Assembly (NCBI GenBank): GCA_045593165.1
Contig: JAZNWF010000046.1
Location: 23,404-87,403, forward strand
From: Eubacteriales bacterium
GTDB taxonomy: Bacteria > Bacillota > Clostridia > Oscillospirales > CAG-382
Direction: 5' to 3'
DNA length: 64,000 nt
Both the position numbers and the translations under genes were made by a program. Shown in pieces: positions 36,740 to 46,569 of this stretch (the first letter of the stretch is position 1; every line of letters starts with the position of its first letter). Below the pieces are notes generated by a model. That model had not been told where the DNA came from, did not search any database, and worked only from the letters and a program-made list of their open reading frames with translations.

Positions 36740-38944
36740 ATGCTTAAACAAGCCGAAGAACTGTTTGCACGGATAAAAGAAGCAGGCAGCTACGATTACG
36801 ATAAAATTTACAAAGCGTACGAATACGCAGATAAGCTTCACGAGGGACAAAAGCGTATCTCGGGAGAGGCATATATAGTACATCCGCTTTCGGTAGCGGA
36901 GGAGGTGTTCAAGCTCCAGCTCGATACCGATTCTATTTGTGCGGCATTTCTTCACGATACGGTGGAGGATTGCGCGGACAAGATAGACCTTACGCATATA
37001 CGTAAGGAATTCGGTGCGAACGTTGCCGAAATAGTGGACGGCGTGACGAAGCTTGTTCATATTCCCTTTGAAACCAAGCAGGACGAAAGCATAGAAAACC
37101 TGCGTAAGATGTTCCTTGCCATGAGCAAGGATATACGCGTTATATTCATAAAGCTCTGTGACAGATTGCACAATATGCGTACGCTCAGCGTACGCTCGCC
37201 GGAAAAGCAACGCTCGATAGCATTGGAAACGATGCACGTATACGCACCGCTTGCTCACCGTTTGGGTATGCAGAAGATCAAGCAGGAGCTTGAAACGCTT
37301 GCGCTCTTTTATCTTGACCCGATAGGCTATAACGAGGTAAGCGAGGATATAAATAAGCGTTACGGCGAAAACAAGGACTTCCTTGATAAAGCGACCGAAA
37401 AGGTTGCCGAAAGCCTGCGCTCGTACAACGTGGAGTTTACTCTTTCGGGACGTGTCAAAACGATATACAGCATCTATAAAAAGATGTATAACCAAAGCAA
37501 GAAGTTCGATGAAATATACGACTTCTATGCGGTTCGTATAATCGTTGATACCGAGCTTGATTGCTACACGGCACTCGGTATAATTCACGAGCAATTCAAT
37601 TCTATCCCCGGCAGATTCAAGGATTATATTTCCACTCCCAAGCCGAATATGTATCGTTCGCTTCATACCACGGTAATCGGTAAGGAGGGTATTCCCTTTG
37701 AGGTTCAGATAAGGACCTGGGATATGCACCGCGTTGCCGAATACGGTCTTGCGGCGCATTGGAAATACAAATCGGGCGAGCAGGCAAAGGCGGATATTGA
37801 CGCTAAATTGCAGTGGATACGCACCCTTATCGAAACCGAAAAGGATGCCGACGACCCCGATGAATTCTTCCGTCCGTTGAAGATAGACCTTTTCGAAGAC
37901 GAGATATTCGTATTTACACCCAAGGGTGACGTTGTAAACCTGCCCAACAACAGTACTCCCATCGACTTTGCGTACGCGATACATTCCGCGGTCGGCAACA
38001 AAATGGTCGGTGCAAAGGTAAACGGAAATATCGTTCCTATCGATACTATTCTCGAAACCGGACAAATAATAGAGGTGCTTACGAGTGCTTCCTCAAAGGG
38101 GCCGAGCCGAGATTGGCTTAAAATCGTTCGCTCGGGCGAGGCACGTAATAAGATCAGACAGTATTTCAAAAAGGAAATGCGTGCAGAGAATATTGCTGTG
38201 GGCAAGACCGAGCTTGAGCGTGAAATAAAGCGTTACGGCAGGCAGTATACCGAAGCTCAGAAGAACGAGATAATGAAAAATCTCGCAAACCGCCTTTCGC
38301 TTCCCGACGTAGAGGATATGTATAACAATATCGGCTATGGCGGACTATCGGTGTCGAAAATTGCGGTTAAACTCCGCGAGGAATTTATGCGCGTCGTCGC
38401 ACCTCAGGCCGAAACGGCTCCGTCGCTCACCGAGCTTCCCAAGGTAACCTCGCGTTACGAAAAAAGCTCGCGCGGTAATGCCGACAGCGTTATCGTCGAC
38501 AGCGTCGAGGGCTGTACCGTTAAATTCGCAAAATGCTGTAATCCGCTTCCGGGCGATAATATAATCGGATATATCACGCGCGGATATGGCGTATCCATTC
38601 ATAAATACGATTGTCCCAACGCGCAGTCGGGTCTTTCGCGTCCCGATGATAAGGACCGTTGGGTAGTTGCCTCCTGGTCAGAAAAGCTCAACAAACAAAG
38701 CTTTGGCAGCTTCGAGGCGGTATTGAGTATATTCGCGGTCTATTCACCGCATATTATTGCAGATATCACACTTGCGCTTACCGATATGAAGGTGGCGGTG
38801 ACATCCATTACCACCCGTGAAAACGAGGGCGAAATGCTTATGACGGTAGGTATAAAGTGCAGCGGCGTAGAGCATCTGCGCAACATTATCGGAAATCTCC
38901 ACCGTATAAAGAACGTGCGCGAGGTTACGAGAGGTAGTATATGA
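36740..38944 (+). CDS. relA: Bifunctional (p)ppGpp synthetase/hydrolase Rel
   Basis: 734 aa. HD domain (HPLSVA...LHDTVED), synthetase domain (YRSLHTTV...EVQIRT), TGS and ACT regions. Confidence 0.96.
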   Translation: MLKQAEELFARIKEAGSYDYDKIYKAYEYADKLHEGQKRISGEAYIVHPLSVAEEVFKLQLDTDSICAAFLHDTVEDCADKIDLTHIRKEFGANVAEIVDGVTKLVHIPFETKQDESIENLRKMFLAMSKDIRVIFIKLCDRLHNMRTLSVRSPEKQRSIALETMHVYAPLAHRLGMQKIKQELETLALFYLDPIGYNEVSEDINKRYGENKDFLDKATEKVAESLRSYNVEFTLSGRVKTIYSIYKKMYNQSKKFDEIYDFYAVRIIVDTELDCYTALGIIHEQFNSIPGRFKDYISTPKPNMYRSLHTTVIGKEGIPFEVQIRTWDMHRVAEYGLAAHWKYKSGEQAKADIDAKLQWIRTLIETEKDADDPDEFFRPLKIDLFEDEIFVFTPKGDVVNLPNNSTPIDFAYAIHSAVGNKMVGAKVNGNIVPIDTILETGQIIEVLTSASSKGPSRDWLKIVRSGEARNKIRQYFKKEMRAENIAVGKTELEREIKRYGRQYTEAQKNEIMKNLANRLSLPDVEDMYNNIGYGGLSVSKIAVKLREEFMRVVAPQAETAPSLTELPKVTSRYEKSSRGNADSVIVDSVEGCTVKFAKCCNPLPGDNIIGYITRGYGVSIHKYDCPNAQSGLSRPDDKDRWVVASWSEKLNKQSFGSFEAVLSIFAVYSPHIIADITLALTDMKVAVTSITTRENEGEMLMTVGIKCSGVEHLRNIIGNLHRIKNVREVTRGSI

Positions 38945-39390
38945 GAGCAGTAGTTCAGCGCGTTCACAGCGCAGAGTGCGTTGTGGACGGCGAGGTAGTG
39001 TCCAAAATCGGTCAGGGGCTTGTTGCCTATATCGGCGTTTTTGATGACGATACCGATGAGGATGTTGCCAAAATGGCAAATAAAATATCGGGCTTGCGCG
39101 TTTTCCGTGATGAATCGGGAAAGCTTTCGCTCAACGCGAGTGCGGTCGAGGGCAGAGTAATGCTCATTTCCAATTTCGTGCTTGCGGGCAGAGTCACACG
39201 CGGATTCCGTCCTGATTGTACCCACGCCGCAAAATACGACGAGGGTAAAAGAATGTTCGAGCTTCTTGCCGAGGAGATAAATAAAAATCTTCCTACGGTT
39301 ACGGGCGTTTTCGGTGCACATATGGATATTATGGTGCATAATGACGGTCCTATTAATGTAATAATAGATACGCGGGAGCTGCGCAAATGA
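38941..39390 (+). CDS. dtd: D-aminoacyl-tRNA deacylase
   Basis: 149 aa. MRAVVQRV start and an NDGP motif. The central motif reads SNFVL rather than the usual SQFTL. ATGA overlap with rel. Confidence 0.88.
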   Translation: MRAVVQRVHSAECVVDGEVVSKIGQGLVAYIGVFDDDTDEDVAKMANKISGLRVFRDESGKLSLNASAVEGRVMLISNFVLAGRVTRGFRPDCTHAAKYDEGKRMFELLAEEINKNLPTVTGVFGAHMDIMVHNDGPINVIIDTRELRK

Positions 39391-40880
39391 AGCTCATAAT
39401 AGACAACCGTACCCGATATCTTAACGATTATTATTTTCAAACGATGTGCCTGCTGTATTTCCCGGGCGAAAAGTTCAAGTTGGATTTTGTAAGCGATAAT
39501 TACGCCTCGTTTTATCTCGAGGAGACTGCCGAGCATATAATTACCGCACGCGTAACGCTTGCTTCGGGTGAAAGAAGTGCCTCGGGCGAATTCAGCGGAA
39601 AATATGAGCCCGTTATCCCGATGAACGACGATTTTTACGCGATGAATGCCGTAGGAAAGGCGTTTTTGGAGGCGGGCAGAGGGCTTTTCGGCTTTGGGCT
39701 TCCGTGGGGATATATCACGGGTCTGCGTCCCGTAAAGCGTGCGAAATATTATCTCGACAGAGGATACACCGCGGAAGAGGTAATAACGCTTTTTAATAAG
39801 GATTACGAGGTATCGCTCGAAAAATCCACGCTTTCGGTCGAAACTGCACTGACACAGCAAAAAATGCTTGCCGATATCGCACCGAACGATTGCGGAATGT
39901 ACGTTTCTATTCCGTTTTGTCCCACGAGATGCGATTATTGCTCGTTCGTTTCTTATAGCAACGCAAAGTTGTTTTCGCTTATTCCCGAATATCTCGAAAA
40001 GCTTATGGTGGATATTGCGGCAACGGGCAAAATGATAAACGAGCTCGGTATGCGGCTCCGCTCGGTATATATCGGCGGCGGCACGCCCTCTATTCTCGAT
40101 CCCGAGCAGATAAACCGATTGCTATCCTGCATCAATAAAAGCGTTTCGATGAGCTCGGATATCGAATACACCTTCGAAGCGGGCAGACCCGATACGATAA
40201 CACCCGAAAAGCTTATCGCTATAAAGCAAAACGGTGTCGGAAGAATAAGCATAAATCCGCAAACCACGAGCGATATAGTTCTTAATGAAATCGGCAGAAA
40301 GCATACGAGCGAAAAATTCTTCGAGGCGGCAAATCAGGCGTTTGCAGTTGGATTTGATACTATCAATGCCGACCTTATAGCAGGACTTCCGCGCGACACG
40401 CACGAAAGCTTCCGTAAAAGCCTCGAGGACGTTATCTCGCTCGGATTTCAGAACATAACCGTACATACGCTTTCCATAAAGAACGCCGCGAATATAAGGT
40501 TCGTCGGCGACGGGTATTACGATCCCGAGGGCGATTTTGCCCGTGAAAGCGTAGCATATGCAAGAAGGCGTCTTAATGATGCCGGCTATGCGCCCTATTA
40601 TCTTTACCGACAGAAGAATACCGTCGGCAATGCCGAAAATACGGGATATGCTCTGCCGGGTAAGGAAAACCTTTATAACGTACTGATGATGGAGGAGCAC
40701 TCCACCGTGTTTGCCTGCGGCGCAGGCTCGATAACCAAGCTTGTCAGCCCCAACCGTGACGAAATATTGCGTCACGCGTTCCCCAAATATCCGTTCGAAT
40801 ATCTGCGCGACGGCAAGGAACTGGGATTTGACGAGGCAAAAGGCTTTTTTTCTCAACATCGAAAGGATGAAATCAATTGA
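39387..40880 (+). CDS. hemZ: HemZ-type coproporphyrinogen-dehydrogenase-like radical SAM protein
   Basis: 497 aa with CPTRCDYC (C-x3-C-x2-C). Size and N-terminal extension are typical of HemZ. ATGA overlap with dtd. Confidence 0.72.
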   Translation: MKLIIDNRTRYLNDYYFQTMCLLYFPGEKFKLDFVSDNYASFYLEETAEHIITARVTLASGERSASGEFSGKYEPVIPMNDDFYAMNAVGKAFLEAGRGLFGFGLPWGYITGLRPVKRAKYYLDRGYTAEEVITLFNKDYEVSLEKSTLSVETALTQQKMLADIAPNDCGMYVSIPFCPTRCDYCSFVSYSNAKLFSLIPEYLEKLMVDIAATGKMINELGMRLRSVYIGGGTPSILDPEQINRLLSCINKSVSMSSDIEYTFEAGRPDTITPEKLIAIKQNGVGRISINPQTTSDIVLNEIGRKHTSEKFFEAANQAFAVGFDTINADLIAGLPRDTHESFRKSLEDVISLGFQNITVHTLSIKNAANIRFVGDGYYDPEGDFARESVAYARRRLNDAGYAPYYLYRQKNTVGNAENTGYALPGKENLYNVLMMEEHSTVFACGAGSITKLVSPNRDEILRHAFPKYPFEYLRDGKELGFDEAKGFFSQHRKDEIN

Positions 40881-41728
40881 ACGAAGCGATTCTTGAAAAA
40901 ATAAGAAACGATGAAAGCTCGTACGAGGCAACGCTTGCCGATATAGCCAAGCATATCGTAGGTAATGACCGGATAAAGATCATACTTATCGCAGGCGGAT
41001 CGTGCGCGGGAAAAACGACTACGACCAAAAAGCTGTCGTCGCTTATAACCGAAAACGGCAGAACCGCGTATACCGTTTCGCTTGACGATTATTACCGCAA
41101 TCTTGACGAAAGCGTATATCTCCCCGACGGCACGCGTGATATCGAATCTATAAACAGTCTTCGCACCGACCTTATCCGTGAATCACTTTCGGATATTCTC
41201 GAGGGCAGAGAGGCGAAAATACCGATGTACGATTTTATGACGAAATCGCGTACCGACGATTACCGCCGTATCAAGTTAGGTCCCGGCGAGGTGGTGCTCG
41301 TAGAGGGGCTTCACGCACTTGACCCGCAACTTTTCGAAAAATGCCCCGATGACGACGCTGTCTACCGTGTTTATCTGTTTGCCGATGCCGGCGACGGAAC
41401 CGATTGCCGATTCGTACGCCGTCTTGTGCGAGATGCAAGACACAGAAATGCCGATGCGGAGCATACCTATAACCTGTGGTTTAACGTAAAGGCGAATGAA
41501 TATGCGTCTATCGAGCCGTTTCGCAATACCGCCGACGTAACGATAAACACCTTCTTCCCGTATGAAAGAGCTATCCTCAACGATGATGCTGTGCATCATC
41601 TCAATACCGTATTGCCCGAAAGCGATCATTATTCGTCCGCGCGTGAGCTTATCACGGTGCTCGAGCCATATGAACAGCTGACCGACGATTACGTGCCCGC
41701 TAATTCGCTTCTCAGGGAGTTTATGTAA
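40877..41728 (+). CDS. Uridine-kinase-family nucleoside kinase-like protein
   Basis: P-loop GGSCAGKTTT, then LDDYY and PMYDF motifs as in Udk. TTG start overlaps the hemZ stop (TTGA), so the start is uncertain. Confidence 0.65.
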   Translation: MNEAILEKIRNDESSYEATLADIAKHIVGNDRIKIILIAGGSCAGKTTTTKKLSSLITENGRTAYTVSLDDYYRNLDESVYLPDGTRDIESINSLRTDLIRESLSDILEGREAKIPMYDFMTKSRTDDYRRIKLGPGEVVLVEGLHALDPQLFEKCPDDDAVYRVYLFADAGDGTDCRFVRRLVRDARHRNADAEHTYNLWFNVKANEYASIEPFRNTADVTINTFFPYERAILNDDAVHHLNTVLPESDHYSSARELITVLEPYEQLTDDYVPANSLLREFM

Positions 41729-41733
41729 ATAAA

Positions 41734-43452
41734 ATGAGTTCGGAAGTCAAAAACACAAAATCAGGCGCTGCTGAACAGGGAAAGAGCTTTCTTCGTGAAG
41801 CGATAATACTTTCGATTGCCAGCTTTGCCGTAAAAATAATCGGGGTGGTATTCAAAATACCGCTTACGAATATATTGGGAAAAAACATAGGAATATTCAC
41901 CGCCGCGTATTCTATCTACGCGATGCTGTTTATGCTCAGCACGAGCGGACTGCCCGTTGCGGTAAGTAAGCTCGTATCTGCGAGCAACGAAAAAGGAAGA
42001 GGCAGAGAAGCCAAGCGTATATCGATGCTTGCTACGGTGGTATTCGGGCTTATAGGCTTGGTGTTTGCAATTGCTTTGTACGCCTTTGCGGGCGATATAG
42101 CAAGGCTTACCAACCACGCCGACAGTAAGCTTGCTATGCAAATTATCGCGCCCGCGCTGTTCTTTATATGCATTTGCGCATCGGTGCGCGGCTATTTTCA
42201 GGGCTTGCGCAATATGTATCCCACCGCAATATCGCAGTTTATAGAAGCCTTCTTCAAGCTCGTAGTTGGTATGGGCGCAGTGCTTTATGCCGACCATTTA
42301 GGTGCAAGCGTCGAGGTAAAGGCGGCGTGTGCGATAAGCGGTGTAAGCGTCGGAACGCTGTTTGCTACCGTTTACATATTGCTGTATAAGCGATTTTCGA
42401 AAAAGTGCGTGCCTAATATGACCGATGATAGCGTCGATGATGATAAAAAGCTGGTTAAGCTGATTGCGCTCGTCGCGCTTCCCGTTACGCTTACAGCCGC
42501 CGCGCTTTATTTCTCGCAGTTTTTGGATACTCTTATAATAGTAAACTGCCTCGTCGGCTCGGGGATTCCCGTGCAGTCGGCGGAAACGCTTTATTCGGCA
42601 TATACGGGGCTTTCGGTTCCGATATACGATCTGCTTCCCGCTACGCTTGTGTTCCCGATAGCAACGAGCATTCTGCCTGCGGTTTCGGGTGCGCTTGCCG
42701 TGAAAAAGAACAAAAAGGCGAGCTATCTTACCGCGCAGGCGATAAGAATATCGGGAATAATCGCGGTTCCCTGCGGTGTGTTCTTGCTCGTTACGGGCCG
42801 ATCCTGCATTTCGTTGCTTTACGGCGCGGATAAATGGTCGGCTACAATAGATATGGGCGGTAATGCTTCGGCTATTCCGTTGGATTCCGCGACAACGGCA
42901 CTTGCTATCCTTGCATTTGCGGTGTTCTTTATATCGGTGGTTTCCACCTGTAATTCCTTGCTTAACGCGTACGGAAAATCGCATCTGCCGTTTATTGCTA
43001 CGATAATCGGTATCGTGGTGCTTATATTGACCGAGCTTTTATTGCTGTATAGCCCGTTGGGAATACAGGGCGCGCCGATAAGCTCGCTCGTTTGCTATTG
43101 TATAGTTATGCTTATCGACATATGGTTCTTGCGCAAGTATTGCGGAGTAAGATTGAAATTAGCGGGAATGTTTGCCCGTCCCGTGATTTGCGGTGCCGTA
43201 TCTGCAGGTATAACCTTTGCGGTGTATAAGCTGACGTATTCGCTGTGGAGCTATCCCGATACGCGTTCAGCGTCGTTTGTGATACTTATTGCATCGGGCG
43301 TGACGTTGGTGATATCGTATGTCGTGTCGGTGCTTTTGCTCCGCGCGATAAAGGAGGACGAGGTAAGGCTGTTGCCTATGGGCAATTTCCTTGCGGATAA
43401 ACTTATCAGATTGGGCTGGCTCAAAAGATCAGCGCCCATTTCAGAGGATTAA
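41734..43452 (+). CDS. MOP-superfamily flippase (MurJ/SpoVB/YabM-like polysaccharide biosynthesis protein)
   Basis: 572 aa with about 14 TM helices. It sits upstream of mazG, as yabM does in B. subtilis. Confidence 0.75.
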   Translation: MSSEVKNTKSGAAEQGKSFLREAIILSIASFAVKIIGVVFKIPLTNILGKNIGIFTAAYSIYAMLFMLSTSGLPVAVSKLVSASNEKGRGREAKRISMLATVVFGLIGLVFAIALYAFAGDIARLTNHADSKLAMQIIAPALFFICICASVRGYFQGLRNMYPTAISQFIEAFFKLVVGMGAVLYADHLGASVEVKAACAISGVSVGTLFATVYILLYKRFSKKCVPNMTDDSVDDDKKLVKLIALVALPVTLTAAALYFSQFLDTLIIVNCLVGSGIPVQSAETLYSAYTGLSVPIYDLLPATLVFPIATSILPAVSGALAVKKNKKASYLTAQAIRISGIIAVPCGVFLLVTGRSCISLLYGADKWSATIDMGGNASAIPLDSATTALAILAFAVFFISVVSTCNSLLNAYGKSHLPFIATIIGIVVLILTELLLLYSPLGIQGAPISSLVCYCIVMLIDIWFLRKYCGVRLKLAGMFARPVICGAVSAGITFAVYKLTYSLWSYPDTRSASFVILIASGVTLVISYVVSVLLLRAIKEDEVRLLPMGNFLADKLIRLGWLKRSAPISED

Positions 43453-43453
43453 T

Positions 43454-44272
43454 ATGATAACTAAGGAAGAGCTTTTAAATAAAACCGAATACAGCTTTGA
43501 CGATCTTGTCGCTATAATGAAGATACTCCGTGCACCCGGCGGATGCCCTTGGGATGCCGAGCAGAATCATCAGTCGATAAGACGCGATCTTATCGAGGAA
43601 ACGTATGAGCTTATCGAGGGCATCGATAAGGATGATGCTTCTATGATACGCGAGGAATTGGGCGACGTTCTGTTGCAGGTCGTATTTCATTCGGATATCG
43701 CCGAAAGCAACGGAAATTTCGGCATAAACGAGGTCTGCACCGATATTTGTAAAAAGCTTATCGTGCGTCACCCCCACGTGTTTGGCGACGTAGTCGTGAC
43801 CGGATCGGAGAACGTGCTTGCCAATTGGGATGCAATAAAGCGCAAGACCAAAAACCAGCAGACCGATACCGAGGCGTTGCGCTCGGTTTCTCCTGCACTT
43901 CCCGCATTGATGCGCGCCGAAAAGCTTGGCAAGAAGGCGCGGAAGCTCGGATTTGATTTCGACGATGCCGAGGAAGCAATGCAGAAGGTATACGAGGAGG
44001 TAAAGGAAGCAAGCGACGCGGTCGCAAGCGGAAATAAAGCGGATATCGAAGAGGAATTCGGTGATTTGCTGCTTGCCGTGGTAAATGCGGCAAGGCTTGC
44101 AGGCGTTGATTCCGAGCGTGCGTTGTATAACGCAAACGAAAAATTCCTTACACGCTTTGAGCTTGTGGAGGAGCTTTGCTGGGCATCGGGCAAGACGGTC
44201 ACCGATACTCCGCGTGAGGAAAAAGAACAATTTTGGTGCGAAGCAAAGAAAATTCTTCAAAAAAACGCTTGA
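43454..44272 (+). CDS. mazG: MazG nucleoside triphosphate pyrophosphohydrolase (tandem MazG domains)
   Basis: GCPWDAEQNHQSIRRDLIEETYELIE and a second EEFGDLL motif. GAGGA RBS before ATG 43454. Confidence 0.92.
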   Translation: MITKEELLNKTEYSFDDLVAIMKILRAPGGCPWDAEQNHQSIRRDLIEETYELIEGIDKDDASMIREELGDVLLQVVFHSDIAESNGNFGINEVCTDICKKLIVRHPHVFGDVVVTGSENVLANWDAIKRKTKNQQTDTEALRSVSPALPALMRAEKLGKKARKLGFDFDDAEEAMQKVYEEVKEASDAVASGNKADIEEEFGDLLLAVVNAARLAGVDSERALYNANEKFLTRFELVEELCWASGKTVTDTPREEKEQFWCEAKKILQKNA

Positions 44273-44309
44273 ATTAAGCGGTTTTTAGCCGAAAAAATGC
44301 AAAAAGCCC

Positions 44310-44338
44310 TTGCTTATGGGGAAAAATGATGATATAAT
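44310..44338 (+). promoter_or_regulatory. Putative strong promoter of hup
   Basis: TTGCTT, a 17-nt spacer, then TGaTATAAT (extended -10). Confidence 0.6.
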
Positions 44339-44380
44339 AATTTCACAATATTTTTATATTTATTGAAAGGAATTAACGTT

Positions 44381-44656
44381 ATGAACAAGTCCACTCTCGT
44401 AGAATTTGTTGCAACTAATGCTAATCTTAAAAAGAAGGATGCAGAAGCAGCTGTAAACGCAATGTTTAAGGCAATCGAAACCGAACTCGCTACCGGCGGC
44501 AAGGTTCAGATCGCAGGCTTCGGTTCCTTCAAGGTTAAGGAAAGAGCTGAAAGAGTTGGCCGTAACCCCAAGACCAAGGAAGCTATCACCATCCCCGCAT
44601 CCAAGGCTCCCGCATTCGTTGCAGGTAAGGACCTCAAGGAAGCAGTTAACAAATAA
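44381..44656 (+). CDS. hup: HU-family DNA-binding protein
   Basis: 91 aa. MNKSTLV...GFGSFKVKERAERVGRNPKTKEAITIPA arm motif. Confidence 0.96.
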   Translation: MNKSTLVEFVATNANLKKKDAEAAVNAMFKAIETELATGGKVQIAGFGSFKVKERAERVGRNPKTKEAITIPASKAPAFVAGKDLKEAVNK

Positions 44657-44671
44657 GATTGTTATTTGATC

Positions 44672-44706
44672 AAGGCAGGGCAACCCCCTGCCTTATTGGT
44701 CATTTT
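44672..44706 (+). terminator. Intrinsic terminator after hup
   Basis: aaggcaggg-caacc-ccctgcctt, then a T-rich tract. Confidence 0.65.
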
Positions 44707-44715
44707 TGGTATAAT

Positions 44716-44958
44716 ATGAGACTCGATAAATATCTTAAGGTTTCGCGTATAATCAAGCGCCGTACCGTTGCAAACGAGGCGTGCGGTGAAAATTTAGTGT
44801 CGGTTAACGGCAAGGTAGTAAAGCCTTCGTACGACGTTAAGATAGGCGACGTTATAGAGGTTCGCTACGGCAGCCGCGTCACCAAATTCAAGGTGGTTTC
44901 GATAATGGAAACCACGAAAAAGGCTGAAGCCTCGGAAATGTACGAGGTTTTGGAATAA
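44716..44958 (+). CDS. yabO: S4-domain RNA-binding protein YabO
   Basis: MRLDKYLKVSRIIKRRT... closely matches the B. subtilis YabO N-terminus. The track ORF starts earlier, at 44659. Confidence 0.88.
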   Translation: MRLDKYLKVSRIIKRRTVANEACGENLVSVNGKVVKPSYDVKIGDVIEVRYGSRVTKFKVVSIMETTKKAEASEMYEVLE

Positions 44959-45008
44959 AATCCGCCCCTCCGTCATAGGTATGAATATGTATCAACGGAG
45001 GAACGGTC

Positions 45009-45266
45009 ATGAATACTCAAAAGCATTCTCTTACACTCGAATCGCGTACGGCGTTAAACGTTACCGCCGTGGATGAGGTCATCAGCTTCGATGAAACGCT
45101 TGTCAGTCTTTCGGTAGGTGAAGCCGTGTTAAACGTAAGCGGCGAAGGTCTTTCTATTAAAAACCTTTCGCTTGAAAACGGCAATATCACCGTAAACGGA
45201 AGGATCGGCGCGATAGTGTATTTTGATGAAGCCCCCCGCAAAAAACGGTTTTTCGGCGGACGTTAA
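45009..45266 (+). CDS. yabP: Sporulation protein YabP
   Basis: 85 aa. HSLTLESRTALNVTAVDEVISFDE pattern and conserved position. Confidence 0.85.
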   Translation: MNTQKHSLTLESRTALNVTAVDEVISFDETLVSLSVGEAVLNVSGEGLSIKNLSLENGNITVNGRIGAIVYFDEAPRKKRFFGGR

Positions 45267-45770
45267 GTGCAAAGCGGCAACGAAAGCTCGTATTTAGTAG
45301 TAATCTGGTCGCTTGCAATAGGCGTGTTCCTCTGCGCAGTATATGATATATTCAGGATAACGCGGTTAAGGAAAAAGCAAAATGCGGTCACGCTGTTTTT
45401 CTTTGATCTGCTGTTTTGTATTATTGCGACGTGCTCGTTTTTACTGCTGTTTTTCAATCTTACGTACGGCAGGGTGAGGGTGTATTCGTTTGCTTTCGCG
45501 CTTATCGGCTTTTTAATATGGCGGTCTACCGTAAGCCGCTTGGTAATAGGAATTATTTTAAGGGTCATAAAAATAGCCGAAAAGCTTTTGAATTCGATAA
45601 AAATGCGTGTTCGCTCGTGTGTTCTGCTGGCGTCGCGCCGTATATATACCGGTTATTACTGCCGTAATACTGCCAATAAGGCAAAAAGCGGCTTTGGATT
45701 AATAAAGTTAAAAGGAAAGGAAAAAGAAGATGAACAAAAAAAGACCTGTACGCACCAGCCTTGTGATTAG
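45267..45770 (+). CDS. yabQ: Spore cortex biosynthesis protein YabQ
   Basis: GTG start immediately after the yabP stop. TM helices with the AVYDIFRI motif, in syntenic position. Confidence 0.72.
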   Translation: MQSGNESSYLVVIWSLAIGVFLCAVYDIFRITRLRKKQNAVTLFFFDLLFCIIATCSFLLLFFNLTYGRVRVYSFAFALIGFLIWRSTVSRLVIGIILRVIKIAEKLLNSIKMRVRSCVLLASRRIYTGYYCRNTANKAKSGFGLIKLKGKEKEDEQKKTCTHQPCD

Positions 45771-46017
45771 GGCGGCATTCGTATTGATTTTTATCTTCCT
45801 TTTCGTATCTGTTATCAATTTGCAGGTTGAAATGAACGACCTTCGCATCGCACGCGATGAAAAGCTCAAAGAGGTCGAGCATATTCAGGACGAAATAGAT
45901 GAGCTCGAATTACGTATTCAAACACCCGTTGACGATGAATTTATCGAACGCGTTGCGCGTGAGCTCGGATACAGAAAGCCTAACGAAATAATATTTATTA
46001 ACGATATAGCGGATTAA
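45730..46017 (+). CDS. divIC: Septum formation initiator (DivIC/FtsB family)
   Basis: 95 aa with one TM helix followed by a coiled coil (LQVEMNDLRIARDEKLKEVEHIQDEIDELE). Confidence 0.82.
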   Translation: MNKKRPVRTSLVIRAAFVLIFIFLFVSVINLQVEMNDLRIARDEKLKEVEHIQDEIDELELRIQTPVDDEFIERVARELGYRKPNEIIFINDIAD

Positions 46018-46035
46018 TTTGGAGGTTGCGGATAA

Positions 46036-46410
46036 ATGGCATATTCTGTGGGAGACCGCGTTTCAGGTGTGGTTAGCGGAGTTACCGCTTACGGCGCATT
46101 TGTGCGTCTTGAGGACGGCTCAAACGGAATGATCCATATATCCAAGCTTTCAAGGGATTTCGTTTCGGATATCCACAGCGTTATAAAAAAAGGCGATTCG
46201 GTAGTTGCAACGGTTATTGCGAATAACGATAATAAGATCGCGCTTTCGCTGATAGGTGAAACGGCAAAAAGTAACGAACCGCGTGAATACAAGCCGCGCA
46301 CGAAGTCAGAACCGAAGGATTTCGAATCGATGCTTTCGATGTTCAAATCCGCAAGCGACGAAAGGCTTGCCGATATTAACCGTGCTTCCCGCGGAAAACG
46401 CAGAAAATAA
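46036..46410 (+). CDS. S1 RNA-binding domain protein (YabR-like)
   Basis: VGDRVSGVVSGVTAYGAFVRLEDGSNGMIHISKLS S1 fold, in syntenic position after divIC. Confidence 0.88.
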   Translation: MAYSVGDRVSGVVSGVTAYGAFVRLEDGSNGMIHISKLSRDFVSDIHSVIKKGDSVVATVIANNDNKIALSLIGETAKSNEPREYKPRTKSEPKDFESMLSMFKSASDERLADINRASRGKRRK

Positions 46411-46416
46411 GACAAA

Positions 46417-46445
46417 AGAGGGCAAAAAGCCCTCTTTTATTTTGT
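46417..46445 (+). terminator. Intrinsic terminator
   Basis: agagggc-aaaaa-gccctct followed by tttattttg. Confidence 0.8.
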
Positions 46446-46495
46446 GGTTCGATTCGTGATAATGCACAAAATATTGTTGTTTCGGTAAAATATAG

Positions 46496-46524
46496 TTGAC
46501 ATAATTACGCATGCGTGGTAGAAT
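46496..46524 (+). promoter_or_regulatory. Putative promoter of hpf
   Basis: TTGACA, a 17-nt spacer, then TGgTAGAAT. Confidence 0.6.
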
Positions 46525-46569
46525 AAAGACGGACAGAGAGCTGTCTATTAAATAAAAGGAGATGGAGTT

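Noticed and set aside
36638-38065. 475-aa antisense ORF inside rel. Similar long antisense ORFs occur in smc (27231-28226, 29288-30127), the ABC exporter (5387-6136), the oxidoreductase (6575-7282), ftsY/rdgB (31544-32329) and mazG (43475-44260).
   Set aside because: Same explanation: where I checked (topA, rel) they are in codon register with strongly supported sense genes, and none has any recognisable motif. I treat them as shadow ORFs.
44707-44718. An extended -10-like TGGTATAAT directly abutting the yabO ATG, which could indicate a leaderless mRNA.
   Set aside because: A -10 ending at position -1 would place the start site downstream of the ATG, so it cannot serve this start codon. There is no alternative in-frame start nearby. 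It is likely a fortuitous AT-rich sequence, with yabO read through from hup.
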